A DNA stretch of 64,000 nt from the NCBI GenBank assembly GCA_943369295.1, contig CALRMU020000004.1:38479-102478 (forward strand), given 5' to 3'. The DNA is from Synechococcus sp. UW140. Its GTDB lineage: Bacteria > Armatimonadota > Fimbriimonadia > Fimbriimonadales > Fimbriimonadaceae. The notes under the pieces were generated by a model, which saw only the letters and a program-made list of their open reading frames with translations, did no database searches and was not told the origin of the DNA. Made by a program: the position numbers and the translations under genes. Below are positions 17,773 to 27,465 of this stretch, piece by piece; the stretch's first letter is position 1; each line of letters starts with the position of its first letter.

Positions 17773-20700
17773 ATGAAGCGTTCGCCAGCAGTTCCGCGTT
17801 TATCGTGGATGGCTTGGATGCTCGTGGCGACGGCCATGGCATCTGCGCAGGGTCAACCTGAAGCGACAGTCACGTCGACTTCGGTTGAATCTGGCGGCAA
17901 AACCTACGTCGAATCCATCCGACTCAGCCCCAATCGCTTTTCTCAGGCGCTTCGTTTTGGGGCCATCAAGCGCGGTTCAGAAACTCTTGACCTAGGCGGA
18001 AAGAGGCTGGCTAAGGGAACCGATTACGAAATCGATTACCCCTCCGGCACGATCTACCTGAAAGTTCCAGTTCAAGAAGGTCAGCAGCTTCGCGTCAACT
18101 ACCGTTACGATGAGGAAAAAGGCGCGGCTGGCAGCTTCGGCATGGCCGGCACCACCTCGACCTCTGGCTTCAACGGATTCAAGTTCGATTTTGCCCAAGG
18201 CAACTCAGCTTTTGTCGGCCTCGGGATGACCGAAAGATTGGGTGACGGGACGGTGCTGAGCAGCAACGTTTACGGAATCTCCAATTCGTTCAGCCTCATG
18301 CCCGGCACGAGTCTCAAGGGCCTCTTCATGGTAGGTCAAAGGGATAACACTCAGTCCACCGACATGCTGACAGGCGCCTCCAACCGATCTTCGGTTGAGG
18401 AGGGGCAGGGCAGAGCCTTGATCCAGAGCCTTGAGAGCCGAGTTGGCAAGAAGGGCAAATTCACTGCCTACTTCCAAGACATCGATTCTCGATTCGGCGG
18501 CTTCCAAGCCTTGGGTGCGAATGGCTACACCGGCGACCAAGTCGGGCAGCTTTCGCGAGAAAAGGGCCTCAAAAGGACTGCTCTCGGCTTCGATAACATT
18601 GGCACCGATTCCGCCAACATTTCCAACAGTCTCCAGACTGTCGGCGACGACAACGGCACCATCACGCGGCGAACTGCAGCGGCTGAAGGCAAGGGCTTTA
18701 AGCTGAATTGGTGGAGCCAGGATGTCGATAAAGGATTCACTCGCTTTGCTGACATTGGCGCTGCCGACTGGCAGCAGATGGGCAAGGAACGCGGCTTCGT
18801 CCGCGAAGGAATGAGCGGATCGCTCGGCTTTGCTGGTGGTCAAACTCAGTTTTCTACACTCAAGCTCGATTCTGAGCAGGGTGGCCTGGCTCGTTCCAGC
18901 CTCGGAATCACGGCGGGCCGTTGGAAGATCGGTTTCAGCGAGCAGAGAGTCGATCAGGGTTTTGTCCGGTTCGGCGACCTGAGAGGCGACGAGTGGAATG
19001 GAGCTCAGCTTCAGCACGAACGCGGCCTTCTTCGCAGAAACTACGCAATCGATGGTGAGGTTGGCAAGGGCCAAAAGGTTGCCGCCAGCCAGGGAGTCGT
19101 TCGGACCTCCGACGCCGATTTCTCCAGCTTGGACATGACTGCCAATCTGGGCAAGTTCTCCATTGAGCACATCAATCGCACGGTTGACAAGAGCTTTAAC
19201 CGCCTTGGCAGCTTGGGCGGAGACGTTAACGCTCATGCCGCAGCTGCCTTGAAAGTCAGCTCATCGGCCAACCCTCAGGGGCACGATATCGGGGCCTTTT
19301 TGAACAGCGCCGGACTCGAAAGAAGCTCTTGGCGGCTTGGATTCAACTTTGATAAGGGCAGCTCAGTCTCCCTTCACACCTCAGATATTAAGGGCAAGGA
19401 TGACAAGCTGGGTTCTAAGGAACTCAACATCAAGACCCCCAACCTGAACCTGAAGGTTAGAGATCAGAAGACTGGCGATAAGTTCAGCGAAGTCAGCAGG
19501 CTCATGCCGTCAGAGCATGGGGTGCATGGTGCTTCGGTCGGCCTTAATCGCCAGGACATCAGCGGAGATATGAAGCTGGGTGGATCTAGAACCCTGGCTT
19601 TCTCCAAGACTTCCGCCAACGATCTGGGCGGCGATCTTTCACGCGAAACCTTGAGCATGAGAGACAAGGGTCTGGAACTTGACTACAAGTCGCGCAATGT
19701 CGACAGCAAGTTTCAGGGCCTCGGCTCCTTCGCAGACCCCGAAAGAGATCTCTTTAGAGCCCTTTCTGGCTACAAGACTCAAGAAGGTCGTCTGAGATGG
19801 GCTCCTTCCAAGTCTCTCAGCATTGAATCTGACCTCTGGGGTTGGGAAGAAATTCTCGGCTCAAAGGAGCGCTTTACCGAAAGGACTCTCGTTCGATGGC
19901 AGGCCGATAAGGCTACATCTTTTGAGATGCTGAATACCGAGCATCGCTTCGGAGATGAGTTCGGCGATCAGGTCAATCAGAGAGGACAGAAGTTCACCCT
20001 CGGAAGAGACATTGCTTCCTTTGGAAAGCTGACCCTCAGCCAGGATGCTCAGACCTACGATGGCAGCGGCGAAAAGAATCCTGACTCCCTGACTAGGTCA
20101 GTCAGCTTCCAGGCCAAGCTGAACCCCAAGACCGGCTTTAAGACTGAGCAGTCTGAAACAAGATTTGAGGATGGAACCCGCACCACGGTTCTTTCCAATA
20201 CCCTCAGCACGGATCTCACCAACCGGGCTGGAGTCAGTGTTACCCAAACCAACGTCAACCGAGACGGCGAGAAAACTGACGAGACTCATCGCCAGTATGG
20301 TTTTTGGTATGACTTCGGCAAGGGAATCAAGTTCAACTACGGCTACCAGAGAGCCCTGAACGGCGAAGAAGGCAGCCTGAACAGCAAGACTGAACTGACT
20401 CCTGGCACGGTCCAGGATGTCAAGATCGACTCTGCTTCCTATAGTCAAGTTCGACAGGATGACAGGCGAGATCAGACCATCGGCCGATTCAGTCTAGCCA
20501 GCGCCAAAGCCATGAACTGGGGAATCCTCCAGGATGTCCGCTTCTCATTCAACGCCGATACTCACCGCGATCAGTATCGATGGCAGAGAGAGAACAGGTC
20601 CATGAACTTTGCGGCATCGCATGACGCCATGGGATTCGGATTTGACTATAACAGTCAGGTCAGCCCCACCGGTGATCGAGCCATTGACCGATTTTTCAGC

Positions 20701-21261
20701 TTCACGACGGATAGAACCAACAAGGCAGATTTTGTTGGCTCCTTCCGCTACGGTGTGCGAACCCTCCCCACCGACCAGACAGTCATGATTCGTGACTACA
20801 GCCTGGCTTGGAAGCCCGCCGACAACGTTGTGTTCAAGCATGCCGTTGTCACCAACGCTCTGGCAAACCAGAACGGGGTTCTGCTCGGGACGGTTCATAC
20901 CCCTCTGAGAAGCAACATCTGGAGCTTGGACATCCAGAACTCAAGGAGCCTTAAGGCTGGACTTTTCTGGAAGGAAAATCAGGACGAAGCTCGGTTCTTG
21001 CGGAGCAGAGAAGGCGGGATCAACTTGGTGCTCAATGCCAACAATCCTTCGCCCATCAGCCTGAGCTACGGGGTTCAGCAGGTGGACGATAGGGGAACAA
21101 GAAAGACCGCTCACAAGTTCGGATTCATCTTCAATCAGAGACCCGGACCCAACCAGAGCTGGAACATCCTTTTTGAGAATCTTAACTGGCAGCACGGTCG
21201 ACCAGAGAACACCCTGCTTCAGAACTGGAACGCTCGAATGGATTACTCCTGGCGATTCTAA
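17773..21261 (+). CDS. large outer-membrane protein with internal ~80-aa repeats (hypothetical)
   Basis: 1162 aa with signal peptide MKRSPAVPRLSWMAWMLVATAMASAQG. The motif [QR]xVDxxFxxFxxLG occurs six times at aa 235, 316, 391, 469, 564 and 641. Each is followed ~27 aa later by an (E/K)RG(L/F)xR-like motif. The C-terminus NARMDYSWRF is a typical OMP beta-signal. Confidence 0.75.
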   Translation: MKRSPAVPRLSWMAWMLVATAMASAQGQPEATVTSTSVESGGKTYVESIRLSPNRFSQALRFGAIKRGSETLDLGGKRLAKGTDYEIDYPSGTIYLKVPVQEGQQLRVNYRYDEEKGAAGSFGMAGTTSTSGFNGFKFDFAQGNSAFVGLGMTERLGDGTVLSSNVYGISNSFSLMPGTSLKGLFMVGQRDNTQSTDMLTGASNRSSVEEGQGRALIQSLESRVGKKGKFTAYFQDIDSRFGGFQALGANGYTGDQVGQLSREKGLKRTALGFDNIGTDSANISNSLQTVGDDNGTITRRTAAAEGKGFKLNWWSQDVDKGFTRFADIGAADWQQMGKERGFVREGMSGSLGFAGGQTQFSTLKLDSEQGGLARSSLGITAGRWKIGFSEQRVDQGFVRFGDLRGDEWNGAQLQHERGLLRRNYAIDGEVGKGQKVAASQGVVRTSDADFSSLDMTANLGKFSIEHINRTVDKSFNRLGSLGGDVNAHAAAALKVSSSANPQGHDIGAFLNSAGLERSSWRLGFNFDKGSSVSLHTSDIKGKDDKLGSKELNIKTPNLNLKVRDQKTGDKFSEVSRLMPSEHGVHGASVGLNRQDISGDMKLGGSRTLAFSKTSANDLGGDLSRETLSMRDKGLELDYKSRNVDSKFQGLGSFADPERDLFRALSGYKTQEGRLRWAPSKSLSIESDLWGWEEILGSKERFTERTLVRWQADKATSFEMLNTEHRFGDEFGDQVNQRGQKFTLGRDIASFGKLTLSQDAQTYDGSGEKNPDSLTRSVSFQAKLNPKTGFKTEQSETRFEDGTRTTVLSNTLSTDLTNRAGVSVTQTNVNRDGEKTDETHRQYGFWYDFGKGIKFNYGYQRALNGEEGSLNSKTELTPGTVQDVKIDSASYSQVRQDDRRDQTIGRFSLASAKAMNWGILQDVRFSFNADTHRDQYRWQRENRSMNFAASHDAMGFGFDYNSQVSPTGDRAIDRFFSFTTDRTNKADFVGSFRYGVRTLPTDQTVMIRDYSLAWKPADNVVFKHAVVTNALANQNGVLLGTVHTPLRSNIWSLDIQNSRSLKAGLFWKENQDEARFLRSREGGINLVLNANNPSPISLSYGVQQVDDRGTRKTAHKFGFIFNQRPGPNQSWNILFENLNWQHGRPENTLLQNWNARMDYSWRF

Positions 21262-21281
21262 GCGGCATAAAGCTCATACAG

Positions 21282-21319
21282 CAGGCTTCTGGGATAACCC
21301 GGAAGCCTGTTTGTTTTTT
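21282..21319 (+). terminator. rho-independent terminator of the large OMP gene
   Basis: CAGGCTTC-tgggataacccg-GAAGCCTG followed by tttgttttttg, 20 nt after the stop. Confidence 0.8.
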
Positions 21320-21396
21320 GTCTGGCGTCAGCCATGTTCAAGGCATTCGGACTCAACTCCAGTCTCGCTGCATCATCATCCGGTATGGTCTTAGCT

Positions 21397-22308
21397 ATGC
21401 AAGAGGTCACTTTCGCTGGTGCCAGGTGCGCCAAGCTGGCCAACAAACAGCTTGAACTTTACGCCTCGCTCGATGTCGGCCCGCGCATTATTGGTCTGCA
21501 GCTGGCAGGGGAATCTAACAACATTCTCAAGACCTATCCCGACCAGCTGGCAAACCCCAATCCAGATCAGTTTGAACTCTATGGCGGCCACAGGTTGTGG
21601 GCTGCCCCCGAGATCGCCGGCTTTACAGATGAGCCGGATGGAATGCCGCTTGACAAGGCTCACATGGATGGCGGAGCTCTGGTTCTTGAAGGTGCATTGG
21701 GCGTAAGCAAGCTAAGAAAGCAGATCCGAGTTTGGATCGACAACAACCAGGTTCATCTGCAGCACACCTTAACCAACGAAGGAGAAGAGCCAGTCGAGGT
21801 GGCTCTTTGGGCGCTTTCGGTGATGGAGGCTGGCGGAGTTGGCCTGACCCCTCAGGGACCCTACGTTCCCCACGGAGAGACTCTTGATCCGGAGCGTCCC
21901 TTGGTGATGTGGCCCTACACCCGCATGAACGACCCAAGGGTCAGATGGGGCGATAGGATGATCCGCCTCAATCAGCACCCTAGCGGCGGCCCCTTTAAGT
22001 ACGGAGCCTGGCTGAAGGAAGGTCTTGCTGGCTACTGGCGAAACAATCTTCTATTTCTCAAGGCTTTCCCGCCTGGCCGAGTCGACAACCTGCTCGACTT
22101 TGGCTGCAGCTTCGAGACCTTTACGAGAGAAGAGATGCTTGAAGTCGAATCACTTTCTGAGAAGGTGGTTTTGGCTCCTGGCGAAAGCGCCTCTCACCCC
22201 GAGACCTGGGCGATCTTCGCTGCCGATGCTCCTCCTTTTGGTGAAGATCAAGGCCGCGATTGGTTTGATCACCATGGTCTGAAAATGAGCCCTTGGTTTT
22301 TGGATTAA
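21397..22308 (+). CDS. hypothetical protein, possibly aldose-epimerase-like fold
   Basis: Track ORF 21334..22308. ATG 21397 (MQEVTFAGARCAKLANKQLELYASLDVGPRIIGLQ...) clears the upstream terminator. The pattern resembles DUF4380/mutarotase-like proteins, but I cannot verify this. Confidence 0.5.
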   Translation: MQEVTFAGARCAKLANKQLELYASLDVGPRIIGLQLAGESNNILKTYPDQLANPNPDQFELYGGHRLWAAPEIAGFTDEPDGMPLDKAHMDGGALVLEGALGVSKLRKQIRVWIDNNQVHLQHTLTNEGEEPVEVALWALSVMEAGGVGLTPQGPYVPHGETLDPERPLVMWPYTRMNDPRVRWGDRMIRLNQHPSGGPFKYGAWLKEGLAGYWRNNLLFLKAFPPGRVDNLLDFGCSFETFTREEMLEVESLSEKVVLAPGESASHPETWAIFAADAPPFGEDQGRDWFDHHGLKMSPWFLD

Positions 22309-22332
22309 GCAGGCTGTTTCCTAAGACAAAAG

Positions 22333-22370
22333 AAAGCTGGTGCAGCAGATAAGACTGCTGCACCAGCTTT
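22333..22370. terminator. bidirectional terminator hairpin between convergent genes
   Basis: AAAGCTGGTGCAGCA-gataagac-TGCTGCACCAGCTTT: perfect 15-bp stem flanked by A/T runs. Confidence 0.8.
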
Positions 22371-22372
22371 CA

Positions 22373-24316
22373 TTAAGAGACTGAGATGGAGTAGATGGCG
22401 GCGAAGCCTTTTCTGCTTTCATCAGAGACCCTGATTCTGATTAAGGGATTTTTGGCAGAATCGAGCTCTAGGACTACGCTCTGATTCGATCTGACAAGAG
22501 ACTGCAGGCTTCGCAGAGGTCTGCCCGTCACGGCATCTTCGATGTAAATCTTGGTGCCTTCTTCCAAGCGAAATCCGAGAGTCAACCTGCCTGAAGCGAA
22601 GGGACGCGAGACCGCCTGGCCGCGAAGCTCTCGTTGATTTTCGTCACCTGTGGCGGCGATTCCTGCGAGCTTGTCAGCTCCCACCCAGCCAGGGCCACCC
22701 ATCAAAGTCCAGTCTGCCTGGCGGTTTGGGGCGTTCAATGAAAGAGTGGAGGTCGCGGTGAACCTTGCCCCTCCGGCAGTGCCTCTAAATTCCACCTCGC
22801 CAGCAAGCTTCATCCCCTTTTCCAAAGGAAGCTCGAACCCTTCTGGGCCGATGACTGCTGGCTTGACTATGCCTCCGGGCAGAACAAATGAGCCACTGGG
22901 ATTAAGGGGGCGTCCAGGAATCTGCAGGAAGGTCGGGGAGGCCACGATCTTGATGCCTTGGGCGTCGTAGGCGAGTACCGGAGGCTTTACTCCGATCGGG
23001 GCGGCGGGTTCGCCCGGCATCCGGGTTCTGCCAGCTGGCGTCACAAGGTCGATGTCGTAGATCCCTTCGTAGGGAATCCTCATTTGTTTGAGCAGAGTGA
23101 TTGGCCCTTTCTCGGTTAACGTCAAAGCGTCAACCGGTTCGGTCCAGCCTTTTTCTGAAGTGTAGATCGACCCGAAAGTCTGGATGATATCGAGGATCGA
23201 GCCCATAAACTGGCCTTCGCCATGGGTGAATCCGGGCCAGGCATCCGTCCCTTGTCGAGCCAGCATCCAGGGAGTCGAGGCAAATCGCCCCATCACTAAG
23301 CCATCCTGCCAAAGGCCGTTTTGTTCTCCTGACGACATGGAATAGAGGCCATGGCTGGTCCGCAGCATCTGCACAGCCTTGCGGAAGTTGGTGGGGGAAC
23401 TCTGCTGCGAGGTAGCGGTCAGCAGAGCTGGCAGGTACCAAGCCTCCCAGGCTGGCCTGTCTCCGGCCAAAGCCAGCAGACCCTTGGTCGGGACTGGGGC
23501 TGCACGAAGATCATTTTCGGTGGCTTGGACGGCAAGGACCTTATCGACCAGTCGATCTCTCAACTGAATAAGACTCACTTTGGCTTCGGCCGGTGCAAAG
23601 GAGAGGGACTGGTTGATTGCCTCAATTGCTGCCAGTTGGTCTCCAGCGGTTCTGGCATCGTTTTCCAGCCAGGCCAGATTCCCGGAGACTCTCTGCTTCA
23701 AGGCTGCTTGGATTGGGCTGCCTTCTTTGGCCAACTTGGCCATCTGGGCAAGGGAGCCGAGTTCGTTGGGAGTGATCTTTTGACGATTGCTGGCACGGGA
23801 TGCCGCCCATGCTTCGGTCTGCTTTGCCAGAGCTGCCGCTTGGGGATACTCAGGGAAGTCTGCGGCATAGCGTGCCGCCCATCCAGCACCCTGCAGCAGA
23901 TCAACGTCACCAGCGGTGACTCCATCAGGGAGGATTTTGACCGGACCTTCCAGAATTCCAGAAGCCACAACCAGATTCATCATTTGGTCGGCGGTTTGGC
24001 TCCAGCCTGTCTGCTTAAGCTTCTTAGACCAGGCTTTCATCCAGTAGGCTGATCGAATCCAAGCGCCATCGATGACACGGCTTTTGGGGGGCAGCACACC
24101 CTCCAGTCCGTTGAGAGAGACAGGCACCAATCCTTGGCGGCCAGAGCCCGGCTCACCCGGCAGACGGATAAAGGAGTAGGCCCAGCGGACCGTTCCGATG
24201 AGTGGAGTGGTTTGGGGGAAGGCGCTTTCTAGCGGAGCAGGGGAGGGAAGGGGGGGAGTCTGTCCGATTAGTGTGGGCGCAATAGCTGCCATCGCCGCGC
24301 TTAGAACAAGGCTCAT
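22373..24316 (-). CDS. large secreted hypothetical protein
   Basis: Track ORF 22373..24364. ATG 24316 gives a signal-peptide-like N-terminus (MSLVLSAAMAAIAPTLIGQ). No motif recognised. Confidence 0.6.
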   Translation of the reverse strand: MSLVLSAAMAAIAPTLIGQTPPLPSPAPLESAFPQTTPLIGTVRWAYSFIRLPGEPGSGRQGLVPVSLNGLEGVLPPKSRVIDGAWIRSAYWMKAWSKKLKQTGWSQTADQMMNLVVASGILEGPVKILPDGVTAGDVDLLQGAGWAARYAADFPEYPQAAALAKQTEAWAASRASNRQKITPNELGSLAQMAKLAKEGSPIQAALKQRVSGNLAWLENDARTAGDQLAAIEAINQSLSFAPAEAKVSLIQLRDRLVDKVLAVQATENDLRAAPVPTKGLLALAGDRPAWEAWYLPALLTATSQQSSPTNFRKAVQMLRTSHGLYSMSSGEQNGLWQDGLVMGRFASTPWMLARQGTDAWPGFTHGEGQFMGSILDIIQTFGSIYTSEKGWTEPVDALTLTEKGPITLLKQMRIPYEGIYDIDLVTPAGRTRMPGEPAAPIGVKPPVLAYDAQGIKIVASPTFLQIPGRPLNPSGSFVLPGGIVKPAVIGPEGFELPLEKGMKLAGEVEFRGTAGGARFTATSTLSLNAPNRQADWTLMGGPGWVGADKLAGIAATGDENQRELRGQAVSRPFASGRLTLGFRLEEGTKIYIEDAVTGRPLRSLQSLVRSNQSVVLELDSAKNPLIRIRVSDESRKGFAAIYSISVS

Positions 24317-24674
24317 AGGTTCATTAACATTCTGCAGCGAATCTTCTATCCCAAGTCGGGCCAAAGTCCGCTGTGGTTACAATGGGGTCATTATTGTTCT
24401 TGAGAAGCAGATAGAAATGGATTCTGGCAAGGGAGATTCCTTTGCGAGTCAAAGCTTGCCGGGCCAAAGAGTTTTGGGGGAGTAAAGGATATTCGCCTCG
24501 AAGAAGGGAAGGTTGGTTTAGCCCTTTCACATGGATCGGCAAGGAGAGTGACTGCGGCGGAAGCAGAGGAGTTGCACTGGTCTCCAAACTGGCCGAAGTG
24601 AATAGGTCCGGCTTATGACTGGCATCTGCAAGGATAACCCCCTGACTAACGGCGCCTTTGGCTAAACTAAACAA

Positions 24675-25253
24675 ATGGGCCAGATACCTCCTTTCACCTC
24701 AGGCGGCGAAGCATCAGCTCCTCAGCCAGCTAAGAAGAACAACACAGTGCTATGGGTCGTGCTGGCCGTAGTGGTGGGCGGCAGCTGCTTTGTCTGCATC
24801 ATCGCCGCTGCGATCCTCTTGCCAGTCTTCAGCCAGGCTCGCAAGGCGGCTTTGGCGACGCAGTCGCTCAGCAATGTGAAGCAGATTGCGACCGGTTTGA
24901 TGATGTACTCGGCCGACTATGATGACCGCCTGCCGAAAGCCGATGAGTGGCAGGATCTGCTTGACCCCTATGTGAAGGACCCTGACACCTTCGTTCCTCC
25001 CTACAAAGATCAGCCCGGAGGATATGCGTTTAATCGGGCCTTGAGTCAGGTGTTTCTTTACGATATTCCGATTCCGGAAAAGACTCCTATGGTGTTTGAG
25101 TCCCTTGAATCGGGAAGAAACCTGACTGGTGGCCTCGACGATCTTCGGAACAAAGAACCGAGGGCAGCCATTGGAATGGCTGATTCATCCGCGAGGCGAG
25201 TGGAGATTCTCGGGGCATCCTCATACGAGTGGGCTCCTAAGATTTCCAAGTAG
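24675..25253 (+). CDS. membrane-anchored DUF1559-like protein (pseudopilin-related, without prepilin leader)
   Basis: 192 aa with one TM helix (VLWVVLAVVVGGSCFVCIIAAAILL). This is followed by PVFSQARKAALATQSLSNVKQIATGLMMYSADYDDRLP. The same SN(V/L)xQIGxALxxYxxDxxDR(L/M)P block occurs in the two pseudopilin-like genes at 30958 and 31578. Confidence 0.6.
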   Translation: MGQIPPFTSGGEASAPQPAKKNNTVLWVVLAVVVGGSCFVCIIAAAILLPVFSQARKAALATQSLSNVKQIATGLMMYSADYDDRLPKADEWQDLLDPYVKDPDTFVPPYKDQPGGYAFNRALSQVFLYDIPIPEKTPMVFESLESGRNLTGGLDDLRNKEPRAAIGMADSSARRVEILGASSYEWAPKISK

Positions 25254-25334
25254 AGACCCGGGTCTGAACTGAAAAGCTTCTGAACAAAACAAGTGCTAGC
25301 CTGCATTCAGGGATAGACTCTGTTAAGAACTCTC

Positions 25335-26006
25335 ATGCCTCAATTGCTCCTCGCCGAAGACGATTCTGCCATTGGCAAGGCCATTAAAGATGGCCTTGAA
25401 ACAGCAGGGTTCAAGGTGACATGGGTCAAGAATGGTTCCGAGGTTCTGCCCATGATTGAGCAGAATTCTTACAACCTTTTGATTCTTGACCTCATGCTGC
25501 CTGGATTGGACGGCATGGAGGTGTGTGTGGAAATTCGGCGTCACCGTCAGGCATTGCCCATTCTTATGGTCACAGCCCGCGATGCAGTAGCCGATAGAGT
25601 CGATGGCCTCAACTCTGGCGCCGATGACTACATGACCAAGCCCTTCGAGTTCCCCGAGCTCCTGGCCAGGGTTAGGGCACTGCTGAGGCGTCATCACGTT
25701 ATCAAGACTTCGGTCATCGAGATCGGCGACCTCGTCATCGATACCACTCAGAAGACCGTGAAGCGGGGGACGAGAGAGATTCTCCTGACTCCCCGGGAGT
25801 TCACCCTGCTTGAGGCCCTGGCCCAAAACGCTGGCGCTGTGCTCTCTAAAGAAGAGATCGCCATGAAGGTTTGGGAGGACGAGTTCACCAGCTCGAATAC
25901 GGTTGAGGTTCATGTAAAGAACCTGCGAAGAAAGCTTGATGAAGAAGGAGAGACAAAACTGATCCACACTCTGCACGGAATGGGTTACTCTCTTCGTAGT
26001 CTATGA
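25335..26006 (+). CDS. OmpR-family two-component response regulator
   Basis: 223 aa. Receiver domain (LLAEDD...LILDLMLPGLDG...TARD) plus a winged-helix output domain (LTPREFTLLEAL...VEVHVKNLRRKL). Confidence 0.9.
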   Translation: MPQLLLAEDDSAIGKAIKDGLETAGFKVTWVKNGSEVLPMIEQNSYNLLILDLMLPGLDGMEVCVEIRRHRQALPILMVTARDAVADRVDGLNSGADDYMTKPFEFPELLARVRALLRRHHVIKTSVIEIGDLVIDTTQKTVKRGTREILLTPREFTLLEALAQNAGAVLSKEEIAMKVWEDEFTSSNTVEVHVKNLRRKLDEEGETKLIHTLHGMGYSLRSL

Positions 26007-27415
26007 CGATCAGAGCCAAGCTGACCTTGCTTAACGCAGGGGTGATTGCCATTCTCACCTCCCTGCTTGGCATCATTGTCTTTGTTACTACCACGGCTGA
26101 CCTCCAGTCTTCGATCGATCGTGAGCTGTCAACCAGGGCGCAGCTGGCTCAAAGGATTTTTGGACGAGCCACCTATGTGCCGAACTCGGGGGCTCCTGCA
26201 CCTGGTGCCAATGATCTGACCAGAGAAGAGATTGCTTCGATCACCCTCCGACAGCCCAGAATCTTTGATGATTCTGAGCTTGATGATCCCCGGATGCAGC
26301 ACTGGGACAGGCAGGCACTTGAAGAAGTGAGGCGCACAGGCAAAACCCTGATGACGACTTTGAAGCTGCCCAGTGATAACGGCGGCACAACTGAATCGAT
26401 CCGTGTTTTAACGATGAGAATTCAGGCGGCGAAGGGCAAAGCAAGCTGTCTACAGATTGCAGCCAGCCTGGCTGCTGTGCAGGAAGAAACCACTCGTCTT
26501 GCTGAGAGGCTGCTTATCCTAGTTCCCTTAAGCTGGCTAGCCGCAGGATTGGCCGGCTGGTTGTTGACCTACATGGCGCTGCGGCCAGTTCGACGTCTGG
26601 CTCAAGATTCTCAGGCTTTGCTGGAAGGTGACCCTGGCCTTCGGCTGCCCAGCAGCGACCCCGATGAGATGGGTCAGCTCGCCCGCGTTATCAATCAGGG
26701 CTTAGAAAAGATTGAACTGGGATACCGCCGCCTTGAGCGATTTGCCGGGGATGCCAGCCATGAACTTAAAAGCCCTCTCACAGCGATCATGATCCGGGCC
26801 AGCTCTGCCCCAAAAGATAATCCAGAAGCCATGAGCGCGAATCTGGATGCTATTCGAGAATCAGCGAGAGGCATGTCTGGGATGATAAACGACCTTTTGC
26901 TTGCAGCGAAAATGGGAGAAGGGCGTGAGCATCCTTCCTCAATCTCACGGCTGGATGAAGCTGTCCAGGAAGTGGTGAAATCTGTGCCGCCATCTGAACT
27001 AGCGAGGATTGTCGTAGGCGAAGTAGCTCCACTTGAAGTTGTTGGCGAGCCGATTTTGGTTCAACGAATCATTGCGAACCTTGTCTTCAACAGTCTAAAG
27101 CACGGAGGCAGCCATGCCATGGTGCGAATCGCGGTTGTAGAAGAGAAAGGCAAAGCCAAGATCACAGTTGCTGATACCGGAGCGGGGATTGATCCGGAAG
27201 AGATGCCTTACATTTTTGAAAGATTCTATAGAGGCGATTCTGCTCGGACCCATGGTGAAGAATGGAAAGGAGAGGGAAGTGGCCTTGGCCTGGCTATTGT
27301 CAAGAGCCTTACGGAAAGAATGCAGGGCTCAATCAGCTGCCAAAGCCAAGTAGGAGAGGGAACCACGATGACCGTTCATCTTCCTATCTTTGAAAAGCGG
27401 ACGCAGAAGAAATGA
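26003..27415 (+). CDS. sensor histidine kinase
   Basis: 470 aa; ATGA overlap with the regulator gene. It has two TM segments, a HAMP-like region, an H-box FAGDASHELKSPLTAI and an HATPase_c domain (DTGAGI...GSGLGLAIV). Confidence 0.9.
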   Translation: MTIRAKLTLLNAGVIAILTSLLGIIVFVTTTADLQSSIDRELSTRAQLAQRIFGRATYVPNSGAPAPGANDLTREEIASITLRQPRIFDDSELDDPRMQHWDRQALEEVRRTGKTLMTTLKLPSDNGGTTESIRVLTMRIQAAKGKASCLQIAASLAAVQEETTRLAERLLILVPLSWLAAGLAGWLLTYMALRPVRRLAQDSQALLEGDPGLRLPSSDPDEMGQLARVINQGLEKIELGYRRLERFAGDASHELKSPLTAIMIRASSAPKDNPEAMSANLDAIRESARGMSGMINDLLLAAKMGEGREHPSSISRLDEAVQEVVKSVPPSELARIVVGEVAPLEVVGEPILVQRIIANLVFNSLKHGGSHAMVRIAVVEEKGKAKITVADTGAGIDPEEMPYIFERFYRGDSARTHGEEWKGEGSGLGLAIVKSLTERMQGSISCQSQVGEGTTMTVHLPIFEKRTQKK

Positions 27416-27420
27416 TCTGG

Positions 27421-27452
27421 AAAGCGATGTAACAATCCAATCGCTTTTCTTG
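27421..27452 (+). terminator. putative terminator after the kinase gene
   Basis: AAAGCGAT-gtaacaatcca-ATCGCTTT followed by tcttgt. Confidence 0.45.
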
Positions 27453-27465
27453 TAATATCTGCTGC

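Noticed and set aside
18205-19236. Long antisense ORFs embedded in confident genes: 18205..19236(-), 48993..49895(-), 50333..51139(-), 46510..47262(-), 7841..8563(+), 25323..25976(-), 55832..56512(-), 23351..24052(+), 44157..44651(-)
   Set aside because: Each lies wholly opposite a gene with strong family motifs (OMP, ftsA, ftsZ, murC-ddl, pdhA, response regulator, apt and others). Their translations are low-complexity (Arg/Ser/Gly/Ala/Pro-rich) with no recognisable motifs. This is typical of shadow ORFs in GC-rich DNA.
24324-24674. Track ORF 24324..24674(-) in the divergent intergenic region
   Set aside because: It overlaps the 5' end of the 22373..24316 gene in another frame, has no SD, and its Leu/Pro/Ser-rich sequence has no motif. 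The region is more likely a divergent promoter region.
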